64,000 nt of DNA from the human T2T-CHM13v2.0 reference genome, Homo sapiens, in the NCBI RefSeq assembly GCF_009914755.1, contig NC_060936.1. One strand, given 5' to 3'. This document shows positions 56,918 through 64,000 of the stretch, piece after piece (position 1 is the stretch's first letter; the number at the start of each line of letters is the position of its first letter). The position numbers and the translations under genes are program-made. The notes beneath the pieces are model-generated. The model worked only from the letters and a program-made list of their open reading frames with translations. It was not told the origin of the DNA and did not search any database.

Positions 56918-57021
56918 TGAAATACATGTACACATATAAGCATATGTACATACATACACACACATATAGGTATACTCTACACATACATACACGTGTGTGT
57001 ATATGTATACATGCACATACA
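56918..57021. repeat. Degenerate (TA/CA) tract
   Basis: Direct inspection. Confidence 0.75.
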
Positions 57022-57026
57022 TTATT

Positions 57027-57378
57027 TGTATTAGTCTGTTCTCATGCTGCTGATAAAGACATATCCAAGACTGAGCAATTTACAAAAGAAAGAGGTTTAA
57101 TAGACTTACATTTCCATATGACTGGGGAGGCCTCACTATCATGGCAGAAGGCAAGGAGGAGCAAGTCACATCTTACATGGATGGCAGCAGGCAGAGAGGG
57201 CTTGTGCAGGGAAACTCCCCCTTATAAAACCATCAGATCTCATGAGACTTACTTACTATCATGAGAACAGCATGGGAAAGACCAGCCCCCATGATTCAAT
57301 TACTTCCCACCAGGTCTCTCCCACAACACATGGGAATTCAAGATGAGATTTGTGTGGGGATACAGACAAACCTAATCA
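57027..57378 (-). mobile_element. THE1A/B solo LTR
   Basis: tgtattagtctgttctcatgctgctgataaagac...aaacctaatca; TSD ttatt (57022-57026 / 57379-57383). Confidence 0.92.
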
Positions 57379-58802
57379 TTATTTTTATTACTGTTAGCTC
57401 AATTTCTTTATACTGTCCTAATCTCTGAAACCCCTTTGGCAGTTTCATGGGCACCTTTCCATGCATGGGGTTTTCAGGCAGAGATACCTCAGTAGGAGTG
57501 TGGAAATGTGTCCTAGGGTTGTGGAGAAGGCTGCAAATTGAGCCCCATATGAACACCCAGGCTAACAGCAAGGTGGCATGGCAGACAGCTTCAAGCCTGC
57601 CCACAGATACTTCTGGAGAAAGGGGCAGTTGGTTTGCAACAAACTGGTTTGATAAGCCTATTGGCTCTTTCCTGCTGCTATGATCAGGAATCTCTACTGT
57701 AATTACAATGAAGGGACTCCATCAACAAGAATACCATCTATTAAACATATGTGATATGGAGGGTCCATTCCAAGATGGCTGAATAGGAACAGCTCCAGTC
57801 TGCGGCTCCCAGTGTGATCAACACAGAAGACAGGTGATTTCTGCATTTCCAACTGAGATACCTGGTTCATCTTACTGGGACTGGTTGGACAATGGGTGCA
57901 GCCCACAGAGGGTGAGTCAAAGCAGGACAGGGCATCACCTCACCTGGGAAGTGCAAGGGGTCGGAGGATTTCCCTTTCCTAGCCAAGGGAAGCCAAGAGA
58001 GACTACCTGGAAAAATGAGACACTCCCACTCAAATACAGCACTTTTCCAATCGTCTTAGCAAACAGCACACCAGAAGATTATATCCTGTGCCTGGCTCAG
58101 TGGGTCCCATGCCCACGGAGCCATGCTCGCTGCTAGTGCAGCAGTCTGAGATCAACCTGTGAGGCAGCAGCCTGACAGGAGAGGGGATTCTGCCATTGCT
58201 GAGGCTTGAGTAGGTAAACAAAGTGGCTAGGAAGCTTGAACCTGGGCAGAGTCCACCACAGCGCAGTAAGGCTTGCTGCCTCTATAGATTCCACTTCTGG
58301 GGGAAGGGCATAGCTGAGCAAAAGGCAGCAGAAACTTCTGCAGACTTAAACGTCCTTGTCTGACAGCTCTGAAGAAGCAGTGGTTCTCCCAGCACAGTGT
58401 TTGAGCTCTGGGAATGTACAGGCTGCCTCCTCAAGTGGGTCCCTGACCCCCGTGTAGCCTAACTGGCAGACACCTCCAAGTAGGGGCTAGGGGCCAACTG
58501 ACACCTCATACAGGTGGATGCCCCTCTGGGACAAAACTTCCAGAGGAAGGATCAGGCAGCAATATTTGCTGTTCTGCAATATTTGCTGTTCTGCAGCCTC
58601 TGCTGGCAATACCCAGGCAAAAAGGGTCTGGAGTGGACCACCTGCAAACTTCAACGGACCTGCAGCTGAGGGACCTGACTGTTAGAAGGAAAACCAACAA
58701 ACAGAAAGGAATAGCATCAACATTAACAAAAAAGACATCCACACCAAAACCCCATCTGTAGGTCACCAACATCAAAGACCAAAGGTAGATAAAACCACAA
58801 AG

Positions 58803-59825
58803 ATGGGGAGAAACAAGAGCAGAAAAGCTAAAAATTCTAAAAACCAGAACACTTCTCCTCCAAAGGATCACAGCTCCTCGCCAGCAACTGAACAAAGCAG
58901 GACGGAGAATGACTTTGACAAGTTGACAGAAGTAGGCTTCAGAAGGTCGGTAATAACAAACTTCTCTGAGCTAAAGGAGGGTGTTCGAACCCATTATAAG
59001 GAAGCTAAAAACATTGAAAAAAGATTAGACGAATGGCTAACTAGAATAAACAGTGTAGAGAAGACCTTAAATGACCTGATGAAGCTGAAAACCATGGCAT
59101 GAGAACTAAGTGACGTGTGCACAAGCTTCAATAGCCAATTCGATCAAGTGGAAGAAAGGGTATCAGTGATTAAAGATCAAATTAATGAAATAAAGTGAGA
59201 AGAGAAGTTTAGAGAAAAAAGAGTAAAAAGAAATGAACAAAGCCTCCAAGAAATATGGGACTATGTGAAAAGACCAAATCTACGTTTGATTGGTGTACCT
59301 GAAAGTGATGGGGAGAATGGAACCAAGTTGGAAAACACTCTGCAGGATATTATCCAGGAGAACTTCCCCAACTGAGTGAAGCAGGCCAATATTCAAATTC
59401 AGGAAACACAAAGAACACCACAAAGATACTCCTCGAGAAAAGCAACCCCAAGACACACAATGGTCAGATTCAACAAGGTTGAAATGAAGGAAAAAATGTT
59501 AAGGGCAGCCAGAGAGAAAGATCAGGTTACCCACAAAGGGAAGCCCATCAGACTAACAGCAGATCTCTCAGCAGAAACTCTACAAGCCAGAAAAGAGTAG
59601 GGGCCAATATTCAACGTTCTTAAAGAAAAGAATTTTCAACCCAGAGTTTCATATCCAGCCAAACTAAGCTTCATAAATGAAGGAGAAATAAAATCCTTTA
59701 CAGACAAGCAAATGCTGAGAGATTTTATAACCACCAGGCCTGCCTTACAAGAGCTCCTGAAGGAAGCACTAAACATGGAAAGGAACAACTGGTACCAGCC
59801 ACTGAAAAAACATGCCAAATTGTAA
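58803..59825 (+). pseudogene. L1 ORF1, multiple stops
   Basis: MGRNKSRKAKNSK... stop at 59100-59102 and others. Confidence 0.93.
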
Positions 59826-59888
59826 AGACCATCAATGCTATGAAGAAACTGCATCAATTAATGGGAAAAATAACCAGCTAACATCATA

Positions 59889-64000
<4,112 letters not shown>

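Noticed and set aside
58559-58596. 17-bp tandem repeat gcaatatttgctgttct in the L1 5'UTR
   Set aside because: Recalled as a normal feature of this L1PA subfamily's 5'UTR.

Overview
Non-coding great-ape/human genomic DNA (AT-rich, MIR/L2-rich, intronic or intergenic); I could not identify the locus. I found no credible host protein-coding exon, RNA gene or CRISPR array. The only recognisable coding sequences are decayed ORF1/ORF2 of two primate LINE-1s: a full-length L1PA2-like copy on the minus strand (36318-42351, 16-bp TSD) and an older L1PA5-7-like copy on the plus strand (from ~57758, running off the window). The remainder is Alus, MaLR/ERVL LTRs, hAT MITEs, ancient MIR/L2/CR1 fragments and microsatellites. 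The most notable observations are: (1) a full-length THE1 provirus with a perfect 5-bp TSD but two clearly different LTRs, nested in a MER58A MITE that also took an MLT1A LTR; (2) a candidate regulatory cluster at 28-31.6 kb, with a 126-bp local duplication (38-bp identical core) flanking a ~400-bp MER121-like element and three copies of AACCATTATGC; (3) a ~100-bp templated local duplication; (4) several fold-back/templated insertion scars; (5) a head-to-head Alu pair only ~28 bp apart. Repeat family names come from my recollection of consensus sequences, not from a search. I see no firm evidence for a new biological system; the findings are leads.
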